From Pristiophorus japonicus (lineage: Eukaryota), in assembly GCF_044704955.1 (NCBI RefSeq), contig NC_091981.1, positions 163,370,001 through 163,434,000 of the forward strand: a stretch of 64,000 nt of DNA, read 5' to 3'. The translations under genes were made by a program, and so were the position numbers. The notes under the pieces were generated by a model. It searched no databases, had not been told where the DNA came from, and was given only the letters and a program-made list of their open reading frames with translations. Each line of letters starts with the position of its first letter. Positions within the stretch are counted from its first letter, which is position 1. This document shows positions 39,452 to 54,000 of this stretch, in pieces.

Positions 39452-42400
39452 GAGAGGCTCGGGCGGTGCATGGAGGAGTGGCCTATAAAAGGCCCAACGT
39501 CGCTGAGGCTCGGGAGTTCGTGAGAGGTGCGCTTTTGCAGCTGCAGCTGGGTGAGAAGGCAAAATAGAAGCAGAAAGAAATCGAAAGGTGACATCACAGC
39601 CAAGGGGTTAAGTGATTGGCTGGTGATTGGTGAGTAGATTTTCTTTTTCTTTTCGATATCAGTAAGTAACCTTTAGCATTGTTGTTGCCAATTTAAGTTG
39701 TCTAGGGATTAAGTCATGGCAAGAGAGTTCGGACACGTGTTATGCTCCTCCTGTACTATGTGGGAAGTCAGGGACGCCTCCGGTGTCCCTGACGACTATG
39801 TGTGCGGGAAGTGTGTCTGCCTCCAGCTCCTGACGGACTGCATTGTGGAACTGGAGCAGCGGGTGGATTCATTCTGGAGCATGCACGATGCTGAGAATGA
39901 CGTGAATAGCACATTTAGTGAGTTGATCTTAACGCAGGTAAAGGGTCCACAGCCAGATAGGGACTGGAAGACCAACAGGAAGAGCAGTGCAAGGAAGGTA
40001 GTGCAGGGGTCCCCTGCGGTCATCCCCTGCAAAACAGGTACACCGCTTTGAGTACCGTTGAGGGGGATGGCACTTCAGGGGAGAGCAGCAGCAGCCAAGT
40101 TCATGGCACCGTGGCTGGATCTGCTGCACAGGTGGGCAGGAAAAAGAGTGGGAGAGTGATAGTGATAGAGGATTCAATTGTAAGGGGAATAGATAGGCGT
40201 TTCTGCGGCTGCAACCGAGACTCCAGGATGGTATGTTGCCTCTCTGGTGCAAGGGTCAAGGATGTCTCAGAACAGGTGCAGGACATTCTGAAAAGGGAGG
40301 GTGAATAGCCAGTTGTTGTGGTACGATATAGGATGAGGTCCTACGAGATGAATTTAAGGAGCTAGGAGTTAAATTAAAAAGTAGGACCTCAAAAGTAGTA
40401 ATCTCAGGATTGCTACCAGTGCCACGTGCTAGCCAGAGTAGGAATCGCAGGATAGCTCAGATGAATACGTGGCTTGAGCAGTGGTGCAGAAGGGAGGGAT
40501 TCGAATTCCTGCGGCATTGGAACTGGTTCTGGGGGAGGTGGGACCAGTACAAACTGGATGGTCTGCACCTGGGCAGGACCGGAACCAATGTCCTCGGGGG
40601 AGTGTTTGCTAGTGCTGTTGGGGAGGAGTTAAACTAATATGGCAGGGGGATGGGAACCTATGCAGGGAGACAGAGGGAAACAAAATGGGGTCAGAAGCAA
40701 AAGATAGAAAGGAGAATAGTAAAAATGGAGGGCAGAGAAACCCAAGGCAAAAAACAAAAAGGGCCACATTACACCAAAATTCTAAAGGGGCAAAGTGTGT
40801 TAGAAAGACAAGCCTGAAGGCTCTGTGCCTCAATGCGAGCAGTATTCGGAATAAGGTGGGAAAATTAACTGCGCAGATAGCAGTTAACAGGTATGATGTC
40901 ATTGGCATCACGGAGATATGGCTCCAGGGTGACCAACGCTGGGAACTCAACATCCAAGGGTATTCAGCATTTAGGAAGGAAAGACAGAAAGGAAAAGGAG
41001 GCGGGGTGGCGTTGCTGGTTAAAGAGGATATTATTGCAATAGTAAGGAGGGACATTAGCCTGGATGATGTTGAATCGGTATGGGTGGAGCTACAGAATTC
41101 CAAAGGGCAGAAAATGCTAGTGGGAGTTGTGTACAGACCACCAAACAGTAGTAGTGAGGTTGGGGACAGCATCAAACAAGAAATAAGGGATGTGTGCAAT
41201 AAAGGTACAGCAGTTATCATGGGCGACTTTAATCTACATATTGATTGGGCGAACCAAACTGGTAGCAATGCAGTGGAGGAGGATTTCCTGGAGTGTATTA
41301 GGGATGGTTTCTCGACCATTATGTCAAGGAACCAACTAGAGAGCTGGCCGTCCTAGATTTGGTGATGTGTAATGAGAAGGGACTAATTAGCAAACTTATT
41401 GTGCGAAGCCCCTTGGGGAAGAGTGACCATAATATGGTAGAATTCTTTATTAAGATGGAGAGTGACACAGTTAATTCGGAAACTAGGGTCCTGAACTTAA
41501 GGAAAGGTAACTTCGACGGTATGAGGCGTGAATTGGCTAGAATAGACTGGCAAAGGATACTTAAAGGATTGATGGTGGATAAGCAATGGCAAACATTTAA
41601 AGATCACATGAATGACCTTCAGCAATTGTACATCCCTGTCTGGAGTAAAATTAAAACGCAGAAGGTGGCTCAACCATGGATAACAAGGGAAATTAAGGAT
41701 AGTGTTAAAGCCATGGAAGAGGCATATAATTTGGCTAGAAAAAACAACAAACCTGAGGACTGGGAGAAATTTAGAATTCAACAGAGGAAAACTAAGGGTT
41801 TGATTAAGAGGGGGAAAATAGAGTACGAGAGGAAGCTTGCAGGGAACGTAAAAACTGACTGCAAAAGCTCCAATAAATATGGGAAGAGAAAAAGATTAGT
41901 GAAGACAAACATAGGTTCCTTGCAGTTGGATTCAGGTGAATTTATAATGGGGAACAAAGAAATGGCAGACCAACTGAACAAATACTTCGGTTCTGTCTTT
42001 GCAAAAGAAGACACAAATAACCTTCCGATTGTACTAGGGGACAGTAGGTCTTGTGAGAAGGAGGTACTGAAGGATATCCTATTAGGCAGGAAATTGTGTT
42101 AGGGAAATTGATGGGATTGAATGCCAATAAATCCCCGGGGCCTGATAGTCTGCATCCTAGAGTACTTAAGGAAGTGGCCCTAGAAATAGTGGATACATTG
42201 GTGATCATTTTCCAACAGTCTATCAACTCTGGATCAGTTCCTATGGACTGGAGGGTAGCTAATGTAACGCCACTTTTTAAAAAAGGAGGGAGAGAGAAAA
42301 CGGGTAATTATAGACTGGTTAGCCTGACATCAGTAGTGGGGAAAATGTTGTAATCAATTAGTAAGGATGAAATAGCAGCGCATTTGGAAAGCAGTGACAG

Positions 42401-43712
42401 GATCGGACCAAGTCAGCATGGATTTATGAAAGGGAAATCATGCTTGACGAATCTTTTGGACTTTTTTGAGGATGTAACTAGCAGAGTGGACAAGGGAGAA
42501 CCAGTGGATGTGGTGTATTTGGACTTTCAAAAGGCTTTTGACAAGGTCCCGCACAAGAGATTGGTGTGCAAAATCAAAGCGCGTGGTATTGGGGGTAATG
42601 TACTGGTGTGGATAGAGAACTGGTTGGCAGACAGGAAACAGAGAGTCAGATAAACGGGTCCTTTTCAGAATGGCAGACAGTGACTAGTGGAGCGCTGCAG
42701 GGCTCAGTGCTGGGACTCCAGCTCTTTACAATATACATTAACGATTTAGATGAAGGAATTGAGTGTAATATTTCCAAGTTTGCAGTTAACACTAAACTTG
42801 GTGGCGGTGTGAGCTGTGAGGAGGACGCTAAGAGGCTGCAGGGTGACTTGGACAGGTTTGGTGAGTGGGCAAATGCATGGCAGATGCAGTATAATGTGAA
42901 AAATGTGAGGTTATCCATTTTGGGGGCAAAAACACGAAGGCAGAATATTATCTGGATGGCGGCAGATTAGAAAAAGGGGAGGTGCAACGAGACCTGGGTG
43001 TCATGGTACATCAGTCGTTAAAAGTTGGCATACAGGTACAGCAGGCAGTGAAGAAGGCAAATGGTATGTTGGCCTTCATAGCTAGGGGATTTGAGTATCG
43101 GAGCAGGGAGGTCTTACTGCAGTTGTACAGGGCCTTGGTGAGGCCTCACCTGGAATATTGTGCACAGTTTTGGTCTCCTAATCTGAGGAAGGACATTCTT
43201 GCTATTGAGGGAGTGCAGCGAAGGGTCACCAAACTGATTCCAGGAATGGCTGGACTGTCATATGAGGAGAGACTGGATCAACTGGGCCTTTATTCACTGG
43301 AGTTTAGAAGGATGAGAGGGGATCTCATAGAAACGTATAAGATTCTGATGGGACTGGACAGGTTAGATGTGGGAAGAATGTTCCCAATGTTGGGGAAGTC
43401 CCGAACCAGGGAACATAGTCTTAGGATAAGGGGAAGGCCATTTAGGACTGAGATGAGGAGAAACTTCTTCACTCAGAGAGTTGTTAACCTATGGAATTCC
43501 CTGCCGCAGAGAGTTGTTGATGCCAGTTCATTGGATATATTCAAGAGGGAGTTAGATATGGCCCTTAGGGCTAAGGGGATCAAGGGGTATGGAGAGAAAG
43601 CAGGAAAGGGGTACTGACGGAATGATCAGCCATGATCTTATTGAATGGTGGTGCAGGCTCGAAGGGCCGAATGGCCTACTGCTGCTCCTATTGTCTATGT
43701 TTCTATGTTTCT
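39452..43712 (+). mobile_element. Near full-length CR1 LINE (ORF1 zinc-finger + SGNH esterase; ORF2 APE-RT), inactivated
   Basis: ORF1 CSSCTMW..CGKC, EDSIVRG, DGLHL; ORF2 GITEIW, MGDFN, SDH, YLDFQKAFDKVPH; TATGTTTC tandem tail; multiple stops and frameshifts. Confidence 0.96.
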
Positions 43713-44132
43713 GGGCCAGGAGAAGTGCTTCCCCAGCCCCTCAAGCACACCTGCAGTGATTTCTCCCTTCCACAGGATCGTCCGAGATTAAAAACCATAA
43801 ATAACACAGAAAAATGCAAATTTGGAGCTTATAAAATGGAATGATCAGAGAATTTGAATGAAGTGATTTTGAATCAAGAGTGGAATGTATAAAGATAGTA
43901 AAGAGTAACAAAACTAAGTGTGTATAATAAAACAAGGAGTTTTATTTCCATTCGGAAATGCAAACAAGACAATACAGAATGAGACTGAAGATTTAACAGC
44001 TTTTAGTAGATTTTTTGATATAAAATTGTTGTATTTTTCTGAACAAGTACAGATATTTAGCTAAAATTTGTCAATTTAGTTTTGTTTTAAATATATTGAG
44101 CTCCAGCTTGTTATGAAAATCATCAAATATTT

Positions 44133-46098
44133 GGGCTAGACTTTCGGCATCCATCTGCCCATTTTCCGTCCATTTACTGCCCATTTTACCACTGAGAAGC
44201 TCTTTACCGCCCATTTGTGTGGTCAAATGAAAACTACCGCCCGTTTACCGCCCATTTATCGCTGGCAGTAAATTCGGCGTTCAATTACTGCCGGCAATGA
44301 GCAAAACTGCCTGCTCATTTTTTTTTCTTAAATCTGACGTCATCACTCATGTACCATCCGTTTCGGATGCCCCCAAAAATTTGTCAACATCCTCCGCCTG
44401 CTCCACGACGACATGCAGGCCGTGATCCTTACCAACGGATTCATTACCGGCCCAATCCATGTCCGGACCAGGGTCAAACAAGGTTGTGTCATCGCCCCAA
44501 CCCTCTTCTCAATCTTTCCCGCCACCATGCTCCACCTCACAGTCAACAAGCTCCCCGCTGGAGTGGAACTAAACTACAGAACCAGTGGGAAGCTGTTCAA
44601 CCTTGGCCGCCTCCAGGCCAGGTCCAAGACCACCCAACCTCTGTCTTCGAGCTACAGTACACGGACGAAGCCTGCATCTGCGCACATTCAGAGACTGAAC
44701 TCCAGTATATATTACTGAGGCCTTATGCTAAACATCCGTAAGACAAAGGTCTTCCACCAGCCTGTCCTCGCCGCACAGCACTACCCCTCAGTCATCAAGA
44801 TCCACGGCGCGGCCCTGGACAACGTGGACCATTTTCCATACCTCGGGAGCCACTTATCAACAAAAGCAGACATTGATGAGGATATTCAGCACCGCGTCCA
44901 GTGCACCAGTGAAACCTTCTGCCACTTGAGGAAAAGAGTGTTCGAAGACCAGGCCCACAAATCTACCACCAAGCTCATGGTCCACAGGGCAATAGTAATA
45001 CCCGCCCTCCTGTATGGCTCAGAGACATGGAGTATGTACAGTAGACACCTCAAGTGGCTGGAGAAATACCATCAACGATGCCTCCACAAGATCCTACAAA
45101 TCCCCTGAGAGGACAGACACACCAACATTAGCGTCCTCGACCAGGCCAACATCCCCAGCATTGAAGCACTGACCACACATGATCAGCTCCGCTGGGCAGG
45201 CCACATTGTCCGCATGCCAGACATGAGACTCCCAAAGCAACCGCTCTACTCGGAACTCCTTCATGGCAAATGAGCCAAAGGTGGACAGAGGAAATGTTAC
45301 AAGGACACCCTCAAAGCCTCCCTGATAAAGTGCAACATCCCCATCGACACCTGGGAGTCCCTGGCCAAAGACCGCTGAGTGGAGGAGGTGCATCCGGGAG
45401 AGCGCTGAGCGCCTCGAGTCTCGTCGCCGAGTGCGTGTAGAAAACAAGCGCAGGCAGCGGAAGGAACGTGCGGCAAATCTGTCCCACCCTCCCTTACCCT
45501 CAACGACTGTCTGTCCCACTTGTGGCAGAGACTGTGGTTCTCGTATTGGACTGTTCAGCCACCTAAGGACTCATTCCAAGAGTGGAAGCAAGTCTCCCTC
45601 GATTCCGAGGGACTGTCTATGATGATGATGACCATCCAGAAGACTATTTATAATGGAAACTACCTCCCAAATACCGCCCAAAATATCGGCGAGTGCTACT
45701 TTCGGCAATTCGCCCATATATCGCCCAAATTACCGCCCACCCCAAAAAACGCTCATAAAAAGTTGCACTCACCTGACCTTAACACGACGGTATGGACGCC
45801 ATGTTATAAATTGGATTAAGTTGAAGAAAAGGCTGCTTAAAGTTGATGGGAGCATTGAAGTAATTTGTGAGTGATTTTAAGGGCGTTTTAAAATCTTGAA
45901 AATTATCTGAGCACATTGTGGTCAATTTTGAGTAAATTTGTGGTTGTTTAAGGACAGTTCAAGAATTTTGAAGACAGATTAGTAATGGGGCCTGTAATTT
46001 CTCAGCCAGTATTGCTGACTACTCACATGCTGCAGAATAGAGATGGGAGAAGGTTCATTGAAGAGCATTATGTGCCCAATCAAAGAAGTGGCAGACTA
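44133..46098 (+). mobile_element. Left arm of a putative Harbinger/PIF-like DNA transposon (interrupted by RTE, truncated at right)
   Basis: Starts GGGCTAGACTTTC; many subterminal (TA)CCGCCC(ATT) repeats on both sides of the RTE; short ORF start MGPVISQPVLLTTHMLQNRDGRR at 45985; superfamily is an inference. Confidence 0.5.
44360..45630 (+). mobile_element. RTE-clade LINE, 5'-truncated
   Basis: VKQGCVIAPTLF, HFPYLGS, C-terminal CPTC...HLRTH zinc finger; (ATG)n tail; 7-bp TSD ACCATCC. Confidence 0.95.
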
Positions 46099-47175
46099 CA
46101 ATTTTACTAGGGCTCCTTGATGCCACACTCAGCCAAATGCTGCCTTGGTGACAAGGGCAGTCACTCTCACCTCACCTCTGGAATTCAGCTCTTTTGTCCA
46201 TGTTTCGACCAAGGCTGTAATGAAGTCTAAAGCCGAGTGGTCCTGCCGGAAACCAAACTGAGCATCAGTGAGAAGGTTGTTGGTGAGTTAGTGCGCCTTG
46301 ATAGCACTATCGATGTCACCCCCCCCCCCATTACTTTGCTGATGATTAAGAGTAGACTGATGGGGCAGGATGAGATTTGTCCTGCTTTTTGTGGGCAGGA
46401 CATAACTGGGCAGTTTTCCACATTGTCGGGTAGATGCCAGTGTTGTAGCTGTACTGCTTGGCTAGAGGCATGGGCTAGTTCTGGAGCACATGTCTTCAGC
46501 ACGACAGCCAGAATATTGTTGGGTGCATAGCCTTTGTTGTATCCAGTGTGTTCAGCCATTTCTTGATATCATGTGGAGTGAATTGAATTGATTGATGACT
46601 GGCTTTTGTGATGGTGGGGATCTCTGAAGAAGGCCGATATGGACTATCCACTCAGCACTTCTGGCTGAAAGTGGTTGCAAATGCTTCAGCCTTGTCTTTT
46701 GCACTCGCATGCTGGGCTCTGTCATCGTTGAGGATGGGAATATTCATGGATCCTCCTCCTCCCATTAGTTTTCTTATTGTCCATCACCATTCATGACTGG
46801 ATGTGGCAGGACTGCAGAGTTTTGATCTGATCCATTGATTGTAGGATCGTTTATTTTTGTCTATAACATGCTGCATGTAGTCCTGTGTTGCAGCTTCCCC
46901 AGGTTGACACCTCATTTTTAGATACTCCTGTGCTGCTCCTAGCACGCTATTCTGCACTCCTCATTGAACCTGCCTTGATAGTAATGGGAGATTGGTATGC
47001 CTGGCCATGAGGTTACAGATTGTGGTGGAATATAATTCTGCTGCTGCTGAGGGCCCACAGATCCTCATGAATGCCCAGTTTTGAGCTGCTAAACCTGTTC
47101 TGAATCTCTCCCATTTAGCACGGTGCTATTGCGACAGTGGAGGGTGTCCTCAGTGTGAAGACGGGACTTCATCTC
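45773..47175 (+). repeat. ~1.4-kb direct duplication, copy 1
   Basis: Colinear and highly similar to 56974-58378. Confidence 0.95.
46099..47175 (-). mobile_element. Old decayed CR1/L2-group LINE ORF2 fragment (duplicated copy 1)
   Basis: VLKTCAPELA, CPISLL..ISKVM, RVWHQGALVKL-like remnants. Confidence 0.75.
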
Positions 47176-50100
47176 TGTTGTGTATCTGTAAAGCATGCAC
47201 TCCCATGTTCCGCCAACAGGGAACGCATCCCCTGAAGACCCAAGGGAGCCCAGCATCCCTTGGGAGCACTCTATATAAGCCGGCCCCTAAGGCCTGTTAC
47301 TCACTCTGGAGTGTCTTAATAAAGACCGAGGTCACTGTCACTTTAACCTCACTGTATGCAGTCTCATCTCTGTTAGGAACACAACAACTGGCGACGAGTA
47401 AACGAATCCAACACAAAGATGCAGCAAACTGTGGGCATCCTGGAGAAGTTCTCAGAGGGTGAGGATTGGGAGCCTTATGTCGAATGGTTAGACCAGTACT
47501 TTGTAGCCAACGAGCTGGCCGGTGAAGGAAATGCTGCAAAAAGGAGAGCGGTCCTCCTCACGGTCTGCGGGGCACCGACCTACAGCCTCATGAAGAATCT
47601 CCTGGCTCTGGTGAAATCCACAGATAAGTCATATGAGGAGCTGTGTACACTGATTCGGGAGCATCTTAACCCGAGGGAGAGTGTGCCGATGGCGAGGTAT
47701 CGGTTCTACACGTTCCAGCGATCTGAAGGTTAGGAAGCGGCGAGCTACGGCGCCGAGCTAAGGCGACTTGCAGGACAATGTGCGGTTAATGGCTACCTGG
47801 AGAAAATGCTCAGAGACTTTTTTGGACTGGGCATTGGCCACGAGGCCATCCGATGAAAACTTTTGACTTTAGAGACACCCACCCTCAGCAAGGCCATTAC
47901 GAAAGCACAGGTGTTTATGTCCACCAGTGATAACACCAAACAAATCTTTCAGCGCACAAGTGCTAGCAATGTTCATAAATTAACTGGAACTGTGTTTGCG
48001 AGCAGAAATGTACAGGGCAGAAACCACGAGTCTGTAACTGCCAGTAGGCCTCAGGTGACCCAAATAACTCAGAGTACGCAACAAAGGATGAATGCAAGGC
48101 AATTCACACCTTGTTGGCGTTGTGGAGGCTTCCATTCAGCCTATTTATGCCGCTTCAAAGGGCATGTTTGCAAGAGCCGTGGAACAATGGGGTACCTCCA
48201 ACGAGCTTGCAGATGAGCTGCAAGCTCTGCAAAACCTGCTAACCACCACGTGGCAGAGGAAGATCGGTCCATGGTGGACCAAAGCAATTTCGAGCCTCAG
48301 AGAGAGGAGGCAGATGCTGAAGTACACGGGGTGCACACATTTTCGACAAAATGTCCACGTATAATGCTAAACATAAAATTGATTGGCTTACCCATAGCCA
48401 TGGAACTGGACACTGGCGCTAGCCAATCCATAATGAGTAAAAAGATATTTGAGACACAGTGGTGCAACAAGGCACTCAGACCAGCCCTGAGCCCCATCCA
48501 CACGAAACTGAGAACGTACACCAAAGAGCTTATCACTGTCCTGGACAGCGCCATGGTCAAGGTCACCTACGAGGGCACGGTGCACGAACTGCCATTCTGG
48601 ATTGTCCCAGGTGATGGCACCACACTGTTTGAAAGGAGCAGGCTGGGTAAAATCCGCGGGAACTGGAATGACATCCGAGTGCTATCACATGTCGATGAGG
48701 CCTCATGTACCCAGGTTCGTAACAAATTTCCTTCCCTTTTTGAGCCAGGCATTGGAAACTTTTCCGGGTCGAAGGTGTGGATCCACTTGGTCCCAGAGGC
48801 ACGACCCATTCACCACAAGGCGCGAGCGGTATCTCACATGACGAGGGAGAGAGTGGAAATCGAGCTGGACAGGCTGCAACGCGAGGGCATCATCTCCCCA
48901 GCGAGTGGACCAGCCCGATTGTTCCAGTACTCAAAAGTGATGGCACGGTCAGGATTTGTGGCGATTATAAAGTAACTATAAATTGTTTCTCGCCACAGGA
49001 CCAATACCCGCTACCTAAGGCAGACAACCTATTTGCGACGCTGGCAGGAGACAAGCCGTTCACCAAGCTTGACCTGACTTTGGCCTACATGACGCAGGAG
49101 CTGGAAAGTCTTCGAAGGGCCTCACCTGCATCAACACGCACAAGGGACCGTTCATTTACAACAGATGCCCGTTTGGAATTCGGTCGACTGCAGCGATCTT
49201 CCAGAGAAACATGGAGAGCCTACGGTGGTTTTTCAGGACGACATATTGGTCACGGGTCAGGACACCGTCGAGCACCTACAAAACCTGGAGGAGGTCCTCC
49301 AGCGACTGGATCGCATAGGGCTGCGGCTGAAGAGGTCAAAATGTGATTTGATGGCAACAGAAGTGGAGTTTTTGGGGAGAAAGTTCACGGCGGACGGCAT
49401 TCGGCCCACAGACACCAAGACAGAGGCTATCAGGAACGCGTCCAGACCACAGAATGTCACGGAGCTGCGATCGTTCCTGGGACTCCTCAACTATTTTGGT
49501 AACTTCCTACCGGGGTTAAGCATCCTTTTGGAGCCCTACTTGTGTTACTGCGTAAAGGTGAGAACTGGGTATGAGGAAAAAAAAACAAGTAATTGCTTTT
49601 GAGAAAACCAGAAACATTTTATGCTCCAACAAGCTGCTTGTATTGTATATCCCGTGTAAAAGACTCGTGCTAGCATGTGATGCGTCGTTGTACGGAGTCG
49701 GGTGTGTATTACAATAACCTAATGTTGCGGGGAAGTTGCAACCTGTCGCCTATGCTTCCAGGAGCTTGTCTACGGCCGAGAAGGCCTGCAGCATGATTGA
49801 GAAAGAGGCATTAGCATGTGTGTTCGGGGTAAAGAAAATGTATTGGTGCTTGTTTGGCCTCAAATTTGAGCTGGAAACCGATCACAAGCCCCTCATATCC
49901 CTGTTGGCTTAAAACAAGGGGATAAATGCTAATGCTTCGGCCCACATACAAAGGTGGGCACTCACGCTATCAGCGTATAACTATACCATCCGCCACAGGC
50001 CAGGCACCGAGAACTGTGCGGATGCTCTCAGTCGGCTACCATTGCCCACCACGGGGGTGGAAATGGCGCAGCCTGCAAACTTGTTGATGGTGGCGCAGCC

Positions 50101-51007
50101 CGCAGACTTGTTGATGTTCATGAAAGCGTTTGAAAATGATAAATCACCTGTCACAGCCCGCCAGATTAGGACTTGGACCAGCCAAGATCCTCTGCTGTCC
50201 CTTGTAAAAAACTGTGTACTGCTTTGGAGCTGGGCCAGCATCCCCGTTGAAATGCAAGAGCTAATCAAGCCATTCCAGCGGTGAAAGATTGAGCTGTCCA
50301 TTCAGGCAGACTGCCTGTTGTGGGGTAACCGCATAGTGCTACCAAAAAAGGGCAGCGAGATGTTCATCTCGGATGTCCACAGCACACACCCGGGTATAGT
50401 AATGATGAAAGCGATAGCCAGATCTCACGTGTGGTGGCCCGGTATCGACTCTGACTTAGAGCCCTGCGTACGGCAATGCAGCGTGTGTGCTCAATTGAGC
50501 AATGCGCCCAGAGAGGCACCACTAAGTTTGTGATCCTGGCCCTCCAGACCATGGTCGAGAATCCATGTCGACTATGCGGGCCCGTTTCTCGGTAAAATGT
50601 TCCTGGTGGTCGTGGATGCTTTTTCAAAATGGATTGAATGTGAAATAATGTCGGGAAGCACTGCCACCACCACCATTGAAAGCCCGAGGGCCATGTTTGC
50701 CACCCATGGCATGCCTGACATACTGGTCAGTGATAACGGCCATGTTTCACCAGTGCTGAATTTAAAGAATTCCTGACCCGCAATGGGATCAAACATATCA
50801 CCTCGGCCCCGTTTAAACCAGCCTCTAATGGGCAGGCAGAGCGGGCAGTACAAACAATCAAACAGAGCCTCAAAAAAATCCCAGAAGGCTTTCTCCAAAC
50901 CCGCCTGTCCCGAGTACTGCTCAGCTACCGCATGACACCCCACTCGCTCACAGGGGTGCCCCCAGCTGAGCTACTCATGAAAAGGACACTTACAATCAGA
51001 CTCTCGC

Positions 51008-54000
51008 TGTCATGTATTTCACCATCTTGCAATGACAATAGTTATGTAACTGTATCTCATGCACACTGTACCTGTACCCTTGAAATGCACAACCTGACCA
51101 CAGGGGGTGAGTATGCGGGCAACACTCCTCACCTGGGTTTCCAGGTATAAAAGGGGAGGTCCCACCCAGGGTCAGCACTCCTTGGTCCTGGGAATAAAGT
51201 GAAGGTCACTGAGTGACCGTGCCTGATATATACATGCCTCGTGTGAGTTTGTAACGAAGTGCAGAGACACTACATTTGGTGACGAGAAACGGGAATCACC
51301 GAACCACGAAGATGGCCATCGGTGGCACAGAGGAACGCTACTGTGTGGGTGAGGACTGGGATGACTTTGTGGAAAGACTCCAACAGAGCTTTGTCACAAA
51401 GGACTGGCTGGAAGAGACAGCAGCTGAGAAGCGGAGGGCCCATCTACTGACCAGCTGTGGTCCACAGACATATGCGCTGGTGAAAGACCTGCTCGCACCC
51501 CAAAAGCCAGCGGACAAGTCCTTCGACGAGCTCAGCCAGCTGATCAGTGAGCATCTCAAGCCGGCAAGTAGCGTACACATGGCCCGGCACCAGTTCTACG
51601 CTCACCGGTCAAAACATCTCGGACTTTGTGGCGGAACTGCGGCGCTTGGCCAGTCTCTGTAAGTTCTCCGATGCCTGCAGGGGGGAGATGTTAAGGAACA
51701 TTTTCATCGAGGGCATTAATCATGCCGGCATTTTCAGGAAGCTCATGAAGACCAAGGACCTGACTTTAGAAGGGGCGGCATTGATAGCTCAGACCTTTAT
51801 GGCAGGGGAAGATGAGACCAAGCTAATTTACGCATGCAGCCCTGGTTTTAACGTTGCGATGAACCAGGGAGTTAATGTTGTAAAAATGATACAGAACCCC
51901 GCAGGCAGGCATGGGCAATTCGACACCACCCAGGCAGACAGTCAAGGGCAATTCGACACCGCCCAGGCAGCAACAAGCTCCAGGATGGGCCTGCATCAGG
52001 GACAATGGAAAGGGGATCGGCAATTCATGCCATCACGAAGAACAATGCATCCCGTGATGGGACCATTAACACCCTCCTGCAGAGTGCTTAGAAACAGCCA
52101 AACGGGCCAGGGAATAGTCCTTTTGTTAATAGCACTCTCAGCTCATGCTGGAGGTGTGGGGGTAGACACACTGCCAAAAGCTGCAGGTTCCAGCTTTATA
52201 CCTGTAGGATTTGTAATGTCAGTGGACACTTGGCCAGGATGTGCAAAAAGGCAGTAGTGAGGCTAGTCTGCAAGACAGAGGAACCAGACGAGGGGTCTGT
52301 AATGCAAGATGAGGCCTGGGGAACAACCATGGATGCTGAAGTTCAGAGAGTTCATGTGGCTGACAGCTCGTACACTAAAATGCCACCCATGATGATGAAA
52401 GTCTTACTGAATGGCATCCCATTGCACATGGAGCTGGTTATGGGAGCTAGCCAGACACTCATGAGTGCCCAACAATTTGAGAGACTATGGCCACACAGAG
52501 CTAGCAGGCCCAAACTGGAACGCATTGAGACGCAGCTACGTAGGTACACCAAAGAGATCATCCCAGTGCTGGGCAGTGCAAACTTGGTGGTAACGCATAA
52601 TGGATTACAGAACCGGCTGCCACTCTGGATTGTTCCGGGAAATGGCCCCGCGCTTTTGGGGAGGAGTTGGCTAGCTGAGATGAATTGGAAATGAGGATGT
52701 GTGCACGCCATTTCATCCGTGGAGTGAAGTTCATGCTCACAGGTATTGCAAAAATTTGAGTCATAGAAACATAGAAACATAGAAAATAGGTGCAGGAGTA
52801 GGCCATTCGGCCCTTCTAGCCTGCACCGCCATTCAATGAGTTCATGGCTGAACATTCAACTTCAGTACCCCATTCCTGCTTTCTCGCCATACCCCTTGAT
52901 CCCCCTAGTAGTAAGGACCTCATCTAACTCCTTTTTGAATATATTTAGTGAATTGGCCTCAACAACTTTCTGTGGTAGAGAATTCCACAGGTTCACCACT
53001 CTCTGGGTGAAGAAGTTCCTCCGCATCTCGGTCCTAAATGGCTTACCCCTTTTCCTTAGACTGTGACCTCTGGTTCTGGACTTCCCCAACATTGGGAACA
53101 TTCTTCCTGCATCTAACCTGTCTAACCCCGTCAGAATTTTAAATGTTTCTATGAGGTCCCCTCTCATTCCACTCTTTCAACCCGGTGTCGGAATGTTCAA
53201 GGGCACTAAAGTAGTGATAGGCATCACTCCGGACGCCAGACCAGTGCACCACAAAGCCAGAGCAGTCTCGTATGTGATGCGTGAAAAAATTGAATGTGAA
53301 CTAGACAGGCTGCTCAGAAAGGGCATAATTTCGGCCGTTGAATTCAGCGACTGGGCAAGTCCCATCGTTCCTGTCCTCAGAACAGATGGCTCGGATAGGA
53401 TTTTTGGATACTACAAAGCCACCATCAACCGAGTATCGCTGCAAGACCAATACCCGCTTCCGAGAGCGGAGGACCTCTTAGCCACGCTGGCAGGTGGTAA
53501 GCTGTTCACGAAGCTGGACCTCACTTCGGCCTACATGACTCAGGAACTGGCTGAAGATTCCAAGCACAAAGGATTATTTGTCTACAACAGGTGCCCGTTT
53601 GGCATTCGTTCGGCAGCGACTATCTTTCAGCGAAACATGGAAAGCTTGCTCAAGTCCATCCCTAGAACAGTCGTATTCCAAGACGGCATCCTTATAATGG
53701 GTCGAGACACCGAGGAACACCTCCGCAACCTGGAGGAGGTGCTACGCCGATTGGATCGGGTAGGCTTGCGGCTGAAAAAGGCCAAGTGCGTGTTTTTGGC
53801 CCCAGAGGTTGAGTTCCTAGACAGGAGGGTTGCCGCAGATGGGATCTGGTCCACTGAATCAAAAACTGAGGCAATTCGCCGGGCACCCAGGCCCGGCAAC
53901 ACTTCGGAGTTGCGATCATTCCTGGGACTTTTGAACTATTTTAGGAACTTTCTGCCGAACTTAAGCACATTGTTGGAGCTGTTACACATGCTCCTCCATA

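Noticed and set aside
44150-44300. CRISPR-like array of short repeats
   Set aside because: Eukaryotic context; repeats are 6-10 nt and irregularly spaced, fitting transposon subterminal motifs.
33818-45630. Horizontal transfer of the RTE LINEs (BovB-like)
   Set aside because: Cannot be assessed without cross-species searches; nothing in the window itself supports it.
50062-51969. Short in-frame tandem duplications in Gypsy pol (AQPANLLM/AQPADLLM) and gag (GQFDTTQA/GQFDTAQA)
   Set aside because: Real, but ordinary slippage duplications in linker regions of dead elements.
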